A stretch of 37,606 bases of DNA, from IMG/VR virus record IMGVR_UViG_3300030708_001737, positions 1 through 37,606 of that record; one strand, 5' to 3'. Positions 16,223 to 26,015 of this stretch are shown in pieces. Under the pieces are notes generated by a model that had not been told where the DNA came from, did not search any database, and saw only the letters and a list, made by a program, of their open reading frames with translations. How positions within the stretch are numbered: position 1 is the stretch's first letter; the number at the start of each line of letters is the position of its first letter. Source of the DNA: a virus. Its lineage: Duplodnaviria; Caudoviricetes. A program made the translations under genes and the position numbers.

Positions 16223-16675
16223 ATGAGTCCAAATTTAAGAATCTTATTGGGGCTTAGTATAGTTTGCATTGGTTTCTTCTGGAATAACATTCAGGAAAGG
16301 ATTCCTGATTTTCTTCCTGATAGAGTAGAGTACTATATCGAAAAACCAGATGAAAAAACTTTAGAAAAAACCTCAAGTATTGCTAGCCTCGTGACCGATA
16401 AGAATGACAGAGAAAAGCTTTCTGTGTTCAACAATGTCTTTTCAGAAAGAGTAGTCCTTTACGACTGTAATGGACAGCAGGTAAACGACGTTTATACGCT
16501 AGCGGCTAAGGAGATGTTTAGCGATGAACTAAAAGGAAAGTACAATGGTTACGCCAATGGGATTATTCAGTTGATGAGGAGTGTCCTAGGCAACGAAAAC
16601 ACGCCAGTAAAAGAAGATCAAAAAACGCTTCTGTCCAAAGACTTTAGTGGTTTAGCTTGGTCTCTATGGCATTAA
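16223..16675 (+). CDS. membrane-anchored helical hypothetical protein
   Basis: N-terminal TM segment. AGGAG RBS. Confidence 0.75.
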   Translation: MSPNLRILLGLSIVCIGFFWNNIQERIPDFLPDRVEYYIEKPDEKTLEKTSSIASLVTDKNDREKLSVFNNVFSERVVLYDCNGQQVNDVYTLAAKEMFSDELKGKYNGYANGIIQLMRSVLGNENTPVKEDQKTLLSKDFSGLAWSLWH

Positions 16676-16684
16676 GGAGAACAG

Positions 16685-16918
16685 ATGAATATTATTAATG
16701 TTTTGCAGAGCGAACTAAAGTCTTCATTAGATAGTGCTACTTTTGAAATAAATGCCGCTTTGTCTAACCAAAATTCAGAAGGTGCGGTAGACCGCCTAGC
16801 GAAAGCAGTTAGAAATTATACAAACCTAATGAATCAGATAGAAGTATTACTAAAACTAAAAGAACAAGTGGAGAAACAAGAACAAGAAGAAAATCAGAAA
16901 AAGGAATGCTGTAAGTGA
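16685..16918 (+). CDS. coiled-coil hypothetical protein
   Basis: AAGGAG RBS; tight gene packing. Confidence 0.7.
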   Translation: MNIINVLQSELKSSLDSATFEINAALSNQNSEGAVDRLAKAVRNYTNLMNQIEVLLKLKEQVEKQEQEENQKKECCK

Positions 16919-17292
16919 AGGTCAGACTGAGCTTAATTTTGCTAGAGGCAAACTCTTCTTATGACGCATTGTCCGGAAGTTATCTATCTGTACTACTAGA
17001 TGAGAATCATAATCTTCCAAGTGTCTATTTGTCAACAAAGACAGTAGAAGAAAGCCTGCAAGAATTAATATCGAAATACACATTCTTAAATCGTGCTTGG
17101 TCTCCACCTGTAATTGCTGGATGCCGACATGATAAGGGAGCCTTAGAAACTGAAGTACTATATACGTCTATGATTCCGGACGGAATATGCTGCTTAAAAA
17201 GAGGTTCTTTCGTTAACCTGCAAATAGTTAAATTAGATGAGTTTTATGAATCAGCAATCACAAAAACCCCAAGATCAATCGGACAACCTTAA
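16915..17292 (+). CDS. hypothetical protein (possibly a degenerate Nudix-like fold)
   Basis: GTGA overlap with the upstream gene; no intact Nudix box. Confidence 0.6.
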   Translation: MKVRLSLILLEANSSYDALSGSYLSVLLDENHNLPSVYLSTKTVEESLQELISKYTFLNRAWSPPVIAGCRHDKGALETEVLYTSMIPDGICCLKRGSFVNLQIVKLDEFYESAITKTPRSIGQP

Positions 17293-17587
17293 TCTAGAAG
17301 ACCTAGTTTCGCAGCTTACTATATATGTTGATCAAGAAGGAAACATAGCTTATAACTGCGATTGGGAGCCCTCAGAAGACGGTTTACTGGCAATAGCAAC
17401 TATATTATACAAGCTAATTTCAGATGATTTACCTGCCAAAATATTCGATGAAATCAGAGATCAGTGCGTATTAAATAATGCGGAGGCTGACTTCATGGCT
17501 ATACAGGCGATAATTGCAAAATACCGAGATGTTAATAAAGGCGAAGATTCGATAGTTGTGCCTCCAGATAAAATAGTAAACCTTTAA
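17237..17587 (+). CDS. acidic hypothetical protein
   Basis: ORF in the gene run; start may be ATG 17246. Confidence 0.65.
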   Translation: MSFMNQQSQKPQDQSDNLNLEDLVSQLTIYVDQEGNIAYNCDWEPSEDGLLAIATILYKLISDDLPAKIFDEIRDQCVLNNAEADFMAIQAIIAKYRDVNKGEDSIVVPPDKIVNL

Positions 17588-17599
17588 TTGGAGACTGCT

Positions 17600-18253
17600 A
17601 TGTTAGACGATTCTGAATTCACAACCGGCCCTAAGAAAAAGATATGCTGGAGTAGCTGGAATGCTAGCGTAGATCACTTCATAGAATCTGAACGAATTGC
17701 CATTGAAGCAATGCAAGAAGAAATGGAGGACATGGGCACAGAGATACCCCTTCTTCCGATGATGCCGATGGAAAGTGCTCCTAGGGTGCTACATACACCT
17801 TTGGGAATGTATCATCAGGAGTCGATGTTCAAACCTTCTGATAGGTGGGATTGTTGGATAGGCAGTACTAACTTCAGCATTACTCATGGAATAAAAGACA
17901 CGTTATCAATGGTAGATGGCGTGGAGGCACTGAGAGTATTAGGTAGATACACATTCTTCATAGGAGTCGCTAGTCTATTTGATTTTAAAAACGTTAGAAT
18001 TGACATAGAAAAAACCCTATGTGGATATACAGAACAAGAGCTGTTGTCAAACGAGGAAACTCAGGCAACTGTTGACCTTGTAAAGGAGCAGTTAATAGGC
18101 AATAAATATTGGTCTATACTTGTTGCTCCCACAGGAAAAGTTGATTACGTAGTTTCAGACAGTCTAGATCAAGCCTACTTAGATGGTCTGAACCAATTAA
18201 TGGAACTTAAGCAAAGAGTAGGCGGAATAATCCTAAGAGGTGATCATGGATAA
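17600..18253 (+). CDS. hypothetical protein
   Basis: GGAG RBS before ATG 17600; WDCWIG.TNF.IT and GVEALRVLGRYTFFIG blocks. Confidence 0.75.
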   Translation: MLDDSEFTTGPKKKICWSSWNASVDHFIESERIAIEAMQEEMEDMGTEIPLLPMMPMESAPRVLHTPLGMYHQESMFKPSDRWDCWIGSTNFSITHGIKDTLSMVDGVEALRVLGRYTFFIGVASLFDFKNVRIDIEKTLCGYTEQELLSNEETQATVDLVKEQLIGNKYWSILVAPTGKVDYVVSDSLDQAYLDGLNQLMELKQRVGGIILRGDHG

Positions 18254-18722
18254 CATTTTGAATAACAATTTTGAAGAATACTGGAAAAGCTCAGACGTAC
18301 AGAACATCATGAATAAGGTTGCAAATAGATATAAAAAGTCTATTGATATGGATGACATTGAGTCCATTAAGATGCAAACATTATGGAGATGTATTGATAA
18401 GTATGATGAGTCTAGAGGCACTAAGTTTACATCATATCTATATCAGCAAATAACCTTCGCGTTTAAAAATAAACTCAAGAAAAAACGTATGGAATTCAAT
18501 AACGACAGCATTGAGAAACAAGACACCAATACTGTAAATAAAATGGAAGTATTTGATATACTTACTGGACTTGAACCGGAGCTTCGTGACGTTATTGATA
18601 AAAGATTTTATCACAACATGACTATGGTTGAAATTGGCGAGTCTAATGGCTACAGCAGGGAGACCGCCAGAAGGAGACTAAAGAAAGCACTAAAAATTTG
18701 TAAGAAAACCTGTATCACGTAG
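18246..18722 (+). CDS. compact sigma-70-family RNA polymerase sigma factor (regions 2 and 4)
   Basis: Region 2: LWRCIDKYDESRGTKFTSYLY. Region 4 HTH: MTMVEIGESNGYSRETARRRLKKAL. Confidence 0.9.
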   Translation: MDNILNNNFEEYWKSSDVQNIMNKVANRYKKSIDMDDIESIKMQTLWRCIDKYDESRGTKFTSYLYQQITFAFKNKLKKKRMEFNNDSIEKQDTNTVNKMEVFDILTGLEPELRDVIDKRFYHNMTMVEIGESNGYSRETARRRLKKALKICKKTCIT

Positions 18723-18728
18723 TTTTTT

Positions 18729-18738
18729 TGCGTATATA
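18729..18738 (+). promoter_or_regulatory. putative phage late-promoter motif
   Basis: Intergenic TGCGTATATA immediately after the sigma gene. Confidence 0.45.
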
Positions 18739-18818
18739 TTTTTAGGAACTGGATCTCTTGTGGAAAATTGGAAAATAGTAAATTTTGTTTTATCTTTTAA
18801 TCTACAAGGAGATTAATT

Positions 18819-19499
18819 ATGGCAGTTCCTGCTAATTCAGCAGCCTACCTGAGAAATACCACCAACGGTGCTTTTGTAAAGCAGAACCAAGGCGGTACAG
18901 TCCTAGGCAACACAACAACCGGCGATGCTATCACTAAAGCTTTGGCACTTAAAGATAATGCCACAGACCCTGTTCCTACACTTCCTAAAGTTAAGAATAA
19001 CGGACTTTCGGCTAATCAAAAGGCACAAAGTGGCGGTACGTTTGCTTATGAGGTTGCTGGTAAATATGTTATCATGACTATTAGTGATACTCTTTCGGGA
19101 GTCTCTAACACAAGTATTCTTAGCCCATCGAGACCAAAATCGTTCTCCTCTAATGACGCCATTATGCGTTCTCGTGGTAGCTACGGTGCTAAAACAGTTA
19201 CAGCCTTCCGTAATGGAAGATTTAGCTGGACTAGCACTAAACGTGATGGCACTGCAATCGGTGCTAGGGTTAATTGGCTTAACGTCGCTAGCGGTGGAAT
19301 GGACACCGCGACTGCCCCAGATGCTCTGAATGAGGACTTCTGGGACCCAGCCGCTGGTTCAACCTCGGCCAATAGTGACAGTGCCGCAAATCCAACCCGT
19401 GCGGTACCCGGTGAATTGATCTTGTTAAATGACTTTGTTGACGCTGATATTTCTACTAGCGGTAACTTCTTCGACTACAAGTCTATCACAGGTATGTAA
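18819..19499 (+). CDS. putative virion structural protein (Ala/Gly/Ser/Thr/Asn-rich)
   Basis: Strong AAGGAG RBS, own terminator, small-residue-rich composition. No recognisable family. Confidence 0.55.
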   Translation: MAVPANSAAYLRNTTNGAFVKQNQGGTVLGNTTTGDAITKALALKDNATDPVPTLPKVKNNGLSANQKAQSGGTFAYEVAGKYVIMTISDTLSGVSNTSILSPSRPKSFSSNDAIMRSRGSYGAKTVTAFRNGRFSWTSTKRDGTAIGARVNWLNVASGGMDTATAPDALNEDFWDPAAGSTSANSDSAANPTRAVPGELILLNDFVDADISTSGNFFDYKSITGM

Positions 19500-19509
19500 T
19501 CCTCGTTTT

Positions 19510-19540
19510 GGCTACCCGTCTTTATGGCGGGTAGTCTTTT
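19510..19540 (+). terminator. rho-independent terminator
   Basis: GGCTACCCGTC-TTTAT-GGCGGGTAGTC followed by TTTT. Confidence 0.85.
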
Positions 19541-19564
19541 ATTCTCAAAATCGGGGGTCTTATT

Positions 19565-19885
19565 ATGAACGACACTTGGGATTTAATTAGAAATGTTACC
19601 GAAGTAATAGGGATGTTTTTTCTTCCCGTCATGGCTTGGGTACTATATACTATGGTTCAACATGGAAAGCAGATTATCGTGTTAGAGCAAAAGGTTAACG
19701 AGTCTTTGAACCAGCGTATGGGGCGTATTGAAAAACGTGTCGGTGGTATCGAAGACAAAATAGATCAAATGAGCGATAACGTTACAGAGTGCAAAATGGT
19801 TGTCCAAGACAACAAAAGTTTGCATGGACAAATAAGTCAACAGTTAGGATCTCTTATGTCTAAGATAGATGACATAGGAAAATAA
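19565..19885 (+). CDS. single-TM plus coiled-coil protein
   Basis: TM segment VIGMFFLPVMAWVLYTMV followed by heptad repeats. Confidence 0.7.
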   Translation: MNDTWDLIRNVTEVIGMFFLPVMAWVLYTMVQHGKQIIVLEQKVNESLNQRMGRIEKRVGGIEDKIDQMSDNVTECKMVVQDNKSLHGQISQQLGSLMSKIDDIGK

Positions 19886-19912
19886 ATAGTTGCGATTTGT
19901 TTTAAAAACTAC

Positions 19913-19948
19913 CCGCTGGCAGATAATTTATTTGCTGGCGGTTTTTTT
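19913..19948 (+). terminator. rho-independent terminator
   Basis: CCGCTGGCAGATA / TATTTGCTGGCGG stem followed by T7. Confidence 0.85.
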
Positions 19949-19968
19949 ATTTTTTGGGTTTTATTCAG

Positions 19969-19997
19969 TTGACAAACGGTCTTGAATGGTGTATAAT
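19969..19997 (+). promoter_or_regulatory. sigma-70 consensus promoter for the nrdAB operon
   Basis: TTGACA 19969-19974, 17-nt spacer, TATAAT 19992-19997. Confidence 0.85.
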
Positions 19998-20037
19998 AAT
20001 CTACATGATTAAAACATCTAGTTTGGAAAAGGCGTAA

Positions 20038-22266
20038 ATGGAAGTAACAAAAAGAAACGGGAACAAGGAATCGTTCTCCGTAGAAAAAATTCACAAAGTA
20101 GTAGAGTGGGCAACAAAAGGGATTAATGGAGTATCCCTTTCAGACATAGAGATGAACGCTAACTTGTCGATCCACGACGGCATAGAGACCTCTAAGATCC
20201 ACCAAATTTTAATAAAATCCGCAAATGATTTAATATCTACATCAGAGCCCAATTATCAGTACGTGGCATCAAGATTGCTAAACATGCAACTTAGAAAAGA
20301 GGTCTGGGGATGTGGGGACGAGCCAACCGATTTTCTTTTGTTCCTGCAAAGAAATGAAGACAATGGTATATATGATCCAGATATACTTAATAAGTGGGAT
20401 AGCAAAGAAGTAGACAAACTCGGCAAATATATTAATCATAGTAGAGACGACTTGTTTACGTATGCTGGGTTGCAGCAAATGATAGATAAGTATCTAGTTA
20501 AAAATCGTAGCACTGGGGTTATATATGAAACACCACAGTTCGCTTATATGGCAATAGCTATGTGTCTTTTCGACTCACTAGACGAGGTAAAGAAAGCTTA
20601 TGATTGCTACTCGACGTTTAAAATTAATCTTCCTACACCTATCATGGCTGGCGTGCGTACAAATATTCGGCAGTTCGCATCCTGTGTTTTGGTTGATGTT
20701 GACGATAACCTTGATGCTATATTCTCTAGCATACATGCTGTCGGCAAATATACCGCCAGAAGAGCAGGTATTGGGCTAAATATTGGAAGACTAAGGCCGA
20801 TCAACTCCCCTATTAGGGGAGGTGAAGTTATTCACACGGGACTTATTCCCTATCTAAAAAATTTCGAGTCTGCCGTCAAGTCAACTTCACAGAATGGTCT
20901 TCGTGGAGGATCTGCTACAGTACATGTTCCGTTTTGGCATTATGAAATAGAAGACATAATGGTTCTTAAGAATAATGCAGGAACGGACGACAATCGTGTT
21001 CGCAAGTTGGACTACAGTATACAGTTCTGCAAGCTGTTCTACGACCGCCTAATAGCCAATGAAGATGTGACTCTGTTTAGTCCTCACGAGGCCAAAGGGC
21101 TGTATGAAGCGTTTGGAAACAATGAAAAATTTGAGCAACTATATCTCAAGTATGAAAACGCCAGATCTCTCAAGTTTAAAAAGAAAGTACCCGCCCGAAA
21201 GCTAGCGGAAATTTTCGCAAGAGAACGTCTAGAGACAGGTCGAATTTACAGTATGAATATAGATAACGCCAATCAAAACGGATCTTGGGATGTTCCTGTG
21301 TATATGAGCAACCTGTGTCAGGAAATTATTCATCCGACTAAACCCATAAATTCTATAGATGATCCGGACGGTGAAATAGGTATATGCATACTGTCTGCTA
21401 TTAATCTTCTAGAGCTAGGATCAGACAAAGATATAGAAGACGCTTGCAGAATGGCGGTTAGAACCCTTGAGTCTGTTATAGACTATCAAGATTATCCGGT
21501 TTTAGCTGGAGAGAACTTTACGAAAAATAGAAGGTCTCTGGGCATAGGTGTCACAAACCTAGCGGGATTCTTGGCTAAGAACAAGCTTAGATACGAGGAT
21601 AGCGAAGCTTTAGAGATTGTCCACCAAACAATGGAAAAGATCCAATGGAACTTGATAAATGCCAGTTGTGAGCTGGCCGAGGAGAAAGGTCCATGTGAGA
21701 AGTTTGCCGAGACCAAATACGCCAAGGGACTTCTTCCCATAGACTGGTACAAAAAAGAGGTAGACGAATTAATTTGGCCCAAATATAACATGGACTGGGA
21801 GGGTCTACGTGAACGTGTTAAAAAACATGGTCTACGTCATTCTACTTTATCTGCTATCATGCCTTGTGAATCCAGTAGCGTAATACAGAACAGCACCAAT
21901 GGGATAGAGCCCGTAAGAAGTTTATTGTTATACAAAAAAGCCAAAAACGGAGTTCTTAAGCAGATAGTCCCCAACTACAGAAGAAGAAAAAATTATTACA
22001 CTTTAGCTTGGGACATGCAGGACAACAAGGCTATAATGAATATAGCGGCGGTGATCCAGAAGTTTGTAGACATGAGTATGAGCACTAATTTATACTACAA
22101 CTATTCTCATTATGCTGATGGAAACGTTCCCCTTAGTGTGATAATAAAAGACCAAATTTATGGGTACAAGTATGGTCTCAAAAATTTCTACTATGCGAAC
22201 ACGCCCGATGGAGACGGAGAAACAGAAAAAGGTATGAACTGCGAATCTGGAGCATGTGCAATATGA
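20038..22266 (+). CDS. nrdA: ribonucleotide reductase class Ia alpha subunit with ATP cone
   Basis: VTKRNG ATP cone; LPTPIMAG, QFASCVL, SNLCQEI, MPCESSS..NSTNGIEP; YY pair; C-terminal CESGACAI. Confidence 0.97.
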   Translation: MEVTKRNGNKESFSVEKIHKVVEWATKGINGVSLSDIEMNANLSIHDGIETSKIHQILIKSANDLISTSEPNYQYVASRLLNMQLRKEVWGCGDEPTDFLLFLQRNEDNGIYDPDILNKWDSKEVDKLGKYINHSRDDLFTYAGLQQMIDKYLVKNRSTGVIYETPQFAYMAIAMCLFDSLDEVKKAYDCYSTFKINLPTPIMAGVRTNIRQFASCVLVDVDDNLDAIFSSIHAVGKYTARRAGIGLNIGRLRPINSPIRGGEVIHTGLIPYLKNFESAVKSTSQNGLRGGSATVHVPFWHYEIEDIMVLKNNAGTDDNRVRKLDYSIQFCKLFYDRLIANEDVTLFSPHEAKGLYEAFGNNEKFEQLYLKYENARSLKFKKKVPARKLAEIFARERLETGRIYSMNIDNANQNGSWDVPVYMSNLCQEIIHPTKPINSIDDPDGEIGICILSAINLLELGSDKDIEDACRMAVRTLESVIDYQDYPVLAGENFTKNRRSLGIGVTNLAGFLAKNKLRYEDSEALEIVHQTMEKIQWNLINASCELAEEKGPCEKFAETKYAKGLLPIDWYKKEVDELIWPKYNMDWEGLRERVKKHGLRHSTLSAIMPCESSSVIQNSTNGIEPVRSLLLYKKAKNGVLKQIVPNYRRRKNYYTLAWDMQDNKAIMNIAAVIQKFVDMSMSTNLYYNYSHYADGNVPLSVIIKDQIYGYKYGLKNFYYANTPDGDGETEKGMNCESGACAI

Positions 22267-23336
22267 AAACCATCTTTAACACAAAGAACGTCGATCCAAT
22301 GTCTCAGCCTCTTTTCTTGGGCAAAGACCTAGGGGTTCAAAGGTATGATGTCGTTAAGTATCCTATATTCAAGGATCTTGACAGCAAGCAAATGATGAAC
22401 TTTTGGAGACCGGAAGAGATAGAGCTAAAGAAGGATCGTGGCGATTTTAAGGAGATGTCGGATAATGAAAAGTTTATTTTTACATCAAACCTAAAGTATC
22501 AGACAATGCTTGACAGCGTGATTTGTCGTGGGGTTCCAACCCTGCTACAGTATGTCACAAATACAGAGCTAGAGGCGTGCTTGATGACTTGGCAATTCTT
22601 TGAAAAGATCCACTCGCAAAGCTATAGCTATATTATCCAAAATGTTTACGCAGATAGTTCCGAGGTATTTGGCGGTATTTATGAAGACAAAGAGATAATG
22701 AAACGTGCCAACAGTGCGATAGCCGACTATAATAATTTGATGGGCATGGCTTGTGATTCCGCAAAGTTGACAGATTTAAAGAAACAGATATACATGACGG
22801 TCATAAGTATCAACATACTAGAGGCAATAAGGTTTTATGTTAGCTTTATCTGCTCGTTTGCCTTTGCTGAAAATAAGAAGATGGCGGGGAATGCAGACAT
22901 AATCAAGCTAATCAAGAGAGACGAGGCACTACACTTAGCAAACACTCAGCACATACTAAAGATACTACACAAGGAGTCATCTGAAGGTTTTACTAGGATT
23001 GCTGATCAGTGCCAAGAGGCTGCTGTTGAGATGTTTGAAAACGCGGCCAAGGAAGAGAAAGAATGGGCTTCATACCTATTTAAGGATGGGTCAATTATTG
23101 GTCTAAATGAAACCGTTTTGCATCAGTATATCGACTGGTTATGTATGTCCAGAAGAAAGACAATCGGGCTTCCTTATGAGAACGTAGGAAAGAATCCAAT
23201 AGCCGGATGGACAGAGCCTTGGCTAAGTAGCGAAAGCGTTCAGGTCGCACCGCAAGAACACGAGATAACGAGCTATAAAATCGGTGCTAGTAAAAACGAT
23301 TTAGAAGATATGGATTTTGGAGACATGGGTTTATGA
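22263..23336 (+). CDS. nrdB: ribonucleotide reductase class Ia beta subunit
   Basis: FWRPEEI, LDS, EKIHSQSY (radical Tyr), LEAIRFYVSF, RDEALH, VQVAPQE..I.SY. Confidence 0.97.
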   Translation: MKTIFNTKNVDPMSQPLFLGKDLGVQRYDVVKYPIFKDLDSKQMMNFWRPEEIELKKDRGDFKEMSDNEKFIFTSNLKYQTMLDSVICRGVPTLLQYVTNTELEACLMTWQFFEKIHSQSYSYIIQNVYADSSEVFGGIYEDKEIMKRANSAIADYNNLMGMACDSAKLTDLKKQIYMTVISINILEAIRFYVSFICSFAFAENKKMAGNADIIKLIKRDEALHLANTQHILKILHKESSEGFTRIADQCQEAAVEMFENAAKEEKEWASYLFKDGSIIGLNETVLHQYIDWLCMSRRKTIGLPYENVGKNPIAGWTEPWLSSESVQVAPQEHEITSYKIGASKNDLEDMDFGDMGL

Positions 23337-23776
23337 GAGTAGTTGTGGTTTCCGGTTACTTTAATCCTATACATGGCGGTCACCTAGACTACCTAGAAGG
23401 TGCTAAGAAGTTAGGCGACTATCTGATAGTGATAGTCAACAATGATAATCAGGTAAAAATAAAAGGAAGCAAGGCCTTTATGGATTGTCAAGAAAGGATG
23501 AGAATAGTTCAGGCACTGCAATGCGTTGACAGGGCCGTTGAATCTGTCGACGAAGACGGGTCAGTAGTAACCACGCTAAATATATTGCATACCAAATACT
23601 CTCTTGAGTGGGACTTCGATGAGATGATTTTTGCTAACGGTGGTGACAGGAAGTCAGACAACATACCTGAATATGATCTTTGCGAGAAGAGAGGCATAAA
23701 GATGGCTTTTAATGTTGGGGGAGGAAAGACTCAGTCTTCGAGTGATTTAATAGAAAAGGTAATTGATAATGAGTAA
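23333..23776 (+). CDS. cytidylyltransferase-like nucleotidyltransferase (TagD / RfaE-II / RibL family)
   Basis: SGYFNPIHGGH (HxGH), FANGGDR, GGGKTQSSS. Confidence 0.9.
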   Translation: MRVVVVSGYFNPIHGGHLDYLEGAKKLGDYLIVIVNNDNQVKIKGSKAFMDCQERMRIVQALQCVDRAVESVDEDGSVVTTLNILHTKYSLEWDFDEMIFANGGDRKSDNIPEYDLCEKRGIKMAFNVGGGKTQSSSDLIEKVIDNE

Positions 23777-24683
23777 ATGTATTGTTACCGGTGGATGTGG
23801 ATTCATCGGATCTAATTTGGTTGACTCGCTTATATATCAGGGCGATGAAGTTATAGTCATTGACAACCTCTCCGCAGACTGTCACGAAAAGTTTTACTAC
23901 AATGCGTCAAAAAACGCTACATATTATGAGTTAGATATAAACAACTATGATGATATTCACAAACTGTTTATGGGTGTTGATTATGTTTTTCACTTGGCGG
24001 CAGAATCCAGAATACAGCCAACTATAGAAGACCCAGCCCTAGCACTCCAGACCAATACAATCGGAACCCTCAATGTCCTAGAAGCCTCTCGCCTTCATGG
24101 GGTTAGCAGAGTTTTGTATTCTTCAACATCGGCGGCGTATGGGCTAAAAAACAAACCCCCAATGGTCGAGACAATGACCCCCGACTGCCTAAACCCCTAC
24201 TCGGTCTCTAAGCGTGCTGGAGAGGATTTGTGCAAAATGTACTACACCCTTTATGGGCTAGAGACAGTTTCGTTTAGATACTTTAACGTCTATGGTGAGC
24301 GACAGCCAACAAGAGGTCAGTATGCACCGGTAATAGGGCTATTCCAAAAACAAAACAGAGAAGGCAATCCCATGACTGTTGTTGGTGATGGGCTGCAAAC
24401 AAGAGACTTTACACATGTATCAGATGTTGTCAACGCCAATATCACAATGGCACTATGTGAAGATAAGGCCGTTTGTGGAGAGCTTTTTAATGTTGGCTTT
24501 GGGGTCAGTTATGCTATCCTAGATTTGGTCAACATTATTGGCGGAGAAAATCCTTACTATACGTTCATACCGGAAAGATTGGGAGAGGCTAGATTCACTC
24601 AGTCGAACACTAATAAAATTAGATCCTTTGGATGGGAACCAAAAGTTAAACTTGAAGACTGGTTAGAAAAGGTAAAGGATTAA
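23769..24683 (+). CDS. NAD-dependent epimerase/dehydratase (UDP-sugar 4-epimerase-like)
   Basis: TGGCGFIGS, FHLAA, YSVSK (YxxxK), RYFNVYG.RQ, GDG.QTRDFTHV.D. Confidence 0.95.
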   Translation: MSKCIVTGGCGFIGSNLVDSLIYQGDEVIVIDNLSADCHEKFYYNASKNATYYELDINNYDDIHKLFMGVDYVFHLAAESRIQPTIEDPALALQTNTIGTLNVLEASRLHGVSRVLYSSTSAAYGLKNKPPMVETMTPDCLNPYSVSKRAGEDLCKMYYTLYGLETVSFRYFNVYGERQPTRGQYAPVIGLFQKQNREGNPMTVVGDGLQTRDFTHVSDVVNANITMALCEDKAVCGELFNVGFGVSYAILDLVNIIGGENPYYTFIPERLGEARFTQSNTNKIRSFGWEPKVKLEDWLEKVKD

Positions 24684-24685
24684 TT

Positions 24686-25336
24686 TTGAATAACAAGGTA
24701 GAACTTCTAGGTTATTATGGATCAGACGAGGTTATTGCTTGCTCTGCATGGACCTCGACATCAAGGGACTTAACGGATGGTAAACGACAAAGAATTGGAA
24801 AGCTCATCCACATGCTGTGGAGCGAAGGTCATGAAACGCCATTTGAGAAGGGCGTTGTCCATTTCCTTGTGGATACGGATATTGCTAGCCACATTCATCT
24901 TCTCAAGCATCGTATTAGTTCCCTTAATGCTGAATCAGCACGTTACAAGGAACTAAAAGAAGATAAGTATTACATTCCAGAGGACTGGAACGGTATTAAA
25001 CCTTCACACAAAGGAATCCCAGCAAAAGATTGGGCGACACAACTTGCCGTCTATACCGATCTAGGTAATGAACTCTACCATCAATGTATAGCAGACCTTG
25101 AACCGGTCTTGGGACGCAAGAGAGCAAAAGAGTCAGCACGATTCTTCAAGACCTACAACAGTCAGATTCAGGCTGACGTAATGTTTAACATGCGTAGCTT
25201 TGCCAACTTTATCAAACTTAGAAACAGCGAGCACGCTCAGGTTGAGATCAGAGACATAGCACGGGAGATGCTAGAACTAACAAAAGCCATAGATGGCAAT
25301 CCTTTCAAACACACTCTAGAAGCATGGGGCATTTAA
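24686..25336 (+). CDS. thyX: flavin-dependent thymidylate synthase
   Basis: GHETPFE, KHRISSLNAESARY (variant of RHRx7S), KESARF, LRNSEHAQVEIR. Confidence 0.93.
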   Translation: MNNKVELLGYYGSDEVIACSAWTSTSRDLTDGKRQRIGKLIHMLWSEGHETPFEKGVVHFLVDTDIASHIHLLKHRISSLNAESARYKELKEDKYYIPEDWNGIKPSHKGIPAKDWATQLAVYTDLGNELYHQCIADLEPVLGRKRAKESARFFKTYNSQIQADVMFNMRSFANFIKLRNSEHAQVEIRDIAREMLELTKAIDGNPFKHTLEAWGI

Positions 25337-25519
25337 ATGGGCATTGTAGATTCTATTATAGACGGCGTACTAGAAAGGTACGGGGTTTCTGAGGAGATGG
25401 TTAAAAAGATTACCTCAATTATTGACGGGGTAGTTAAGAATGTCTCAGTCCAAGAAGTCGGAGATGAGACGTTCATAACGATACATTTAAACGACATAAA
25501 CTTAAAATTCAAGAAATAG
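25337..25519 (+). CDS. hypothetical protein (60 aa)
   Basis: Abuts the thyX stop and fills the gap. Confidence 0.65.
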   Translation: MGIVDSIIDGVLERYGVSEEMVKKITSIIDGVVKNVSVQEVGDETFITIHLNDINLKFKK

Positions 25520-25528
25520 GAGTTTGTC

Positions 25529-26014
25529 ATGCCGGAAGAACCAGAACACAATGGAATACACGACCAAAGAGCAAGACTGAAACAGCTAGCCGATCAAATG
25601 AACAAAAAGCATACACCGGTTAGCGAGTCGGTAATAACGGTACAGACAGTACATGGAGTCAAACAGGATGTTGTGTTTAACAGTTATCCAGAGAATATGA
25701 TAGTAGAAGAGCGAGAAACTCTAGAATCTTTAGTCAAAAGGGTCCAGCGGTGGCACAGAGACCGCAACTTAATAGATGGCAGCACAGACAAGGATCAGAC
25801 CTTGAAGCTTTTACAAGAGCTAGGAGAGCTTTCAGACAGCGTATGCAAGGAAAAGGACATAAAAGATGACATTGGAGACATGCTTGTGGTAATGATTAAT
25901 ATTGCAACAAGAAATAATGTCTCTTTGTTAGATTGTCTGGCTAGGGCTTGGGAAGATATCAAAGACAGAAAGGGTAGAATGGTCGATGGAATTTTCGTCA
26001 AAGAAGGTGACTAA
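25529..26014 (+). CDS. MazG-like nucleotide pyrophosphohydrolase with an N-terminal extension
   Basis: W..DRNL, Q.LKL.QE.GEL, DDIGD, CL..AW.DIKDRKG.MVDG.FVKE. Confidence 0.88.
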   Translation: MPEEPEHNGIHDQRARLKQLADQMNKKHTPVSESVITVQTVHGVKQDVVFNSYPENMIVEERETLESLVKRVQRWHRDRNLIDGSTDKDQTLKLLQELGELSDSVCKEKDIKDDIGDMLVVMINIATRNNVSLLDCLARAWEDIKDRKGRMVDGIFVKEGD

Positions 26015-26015
26015 G

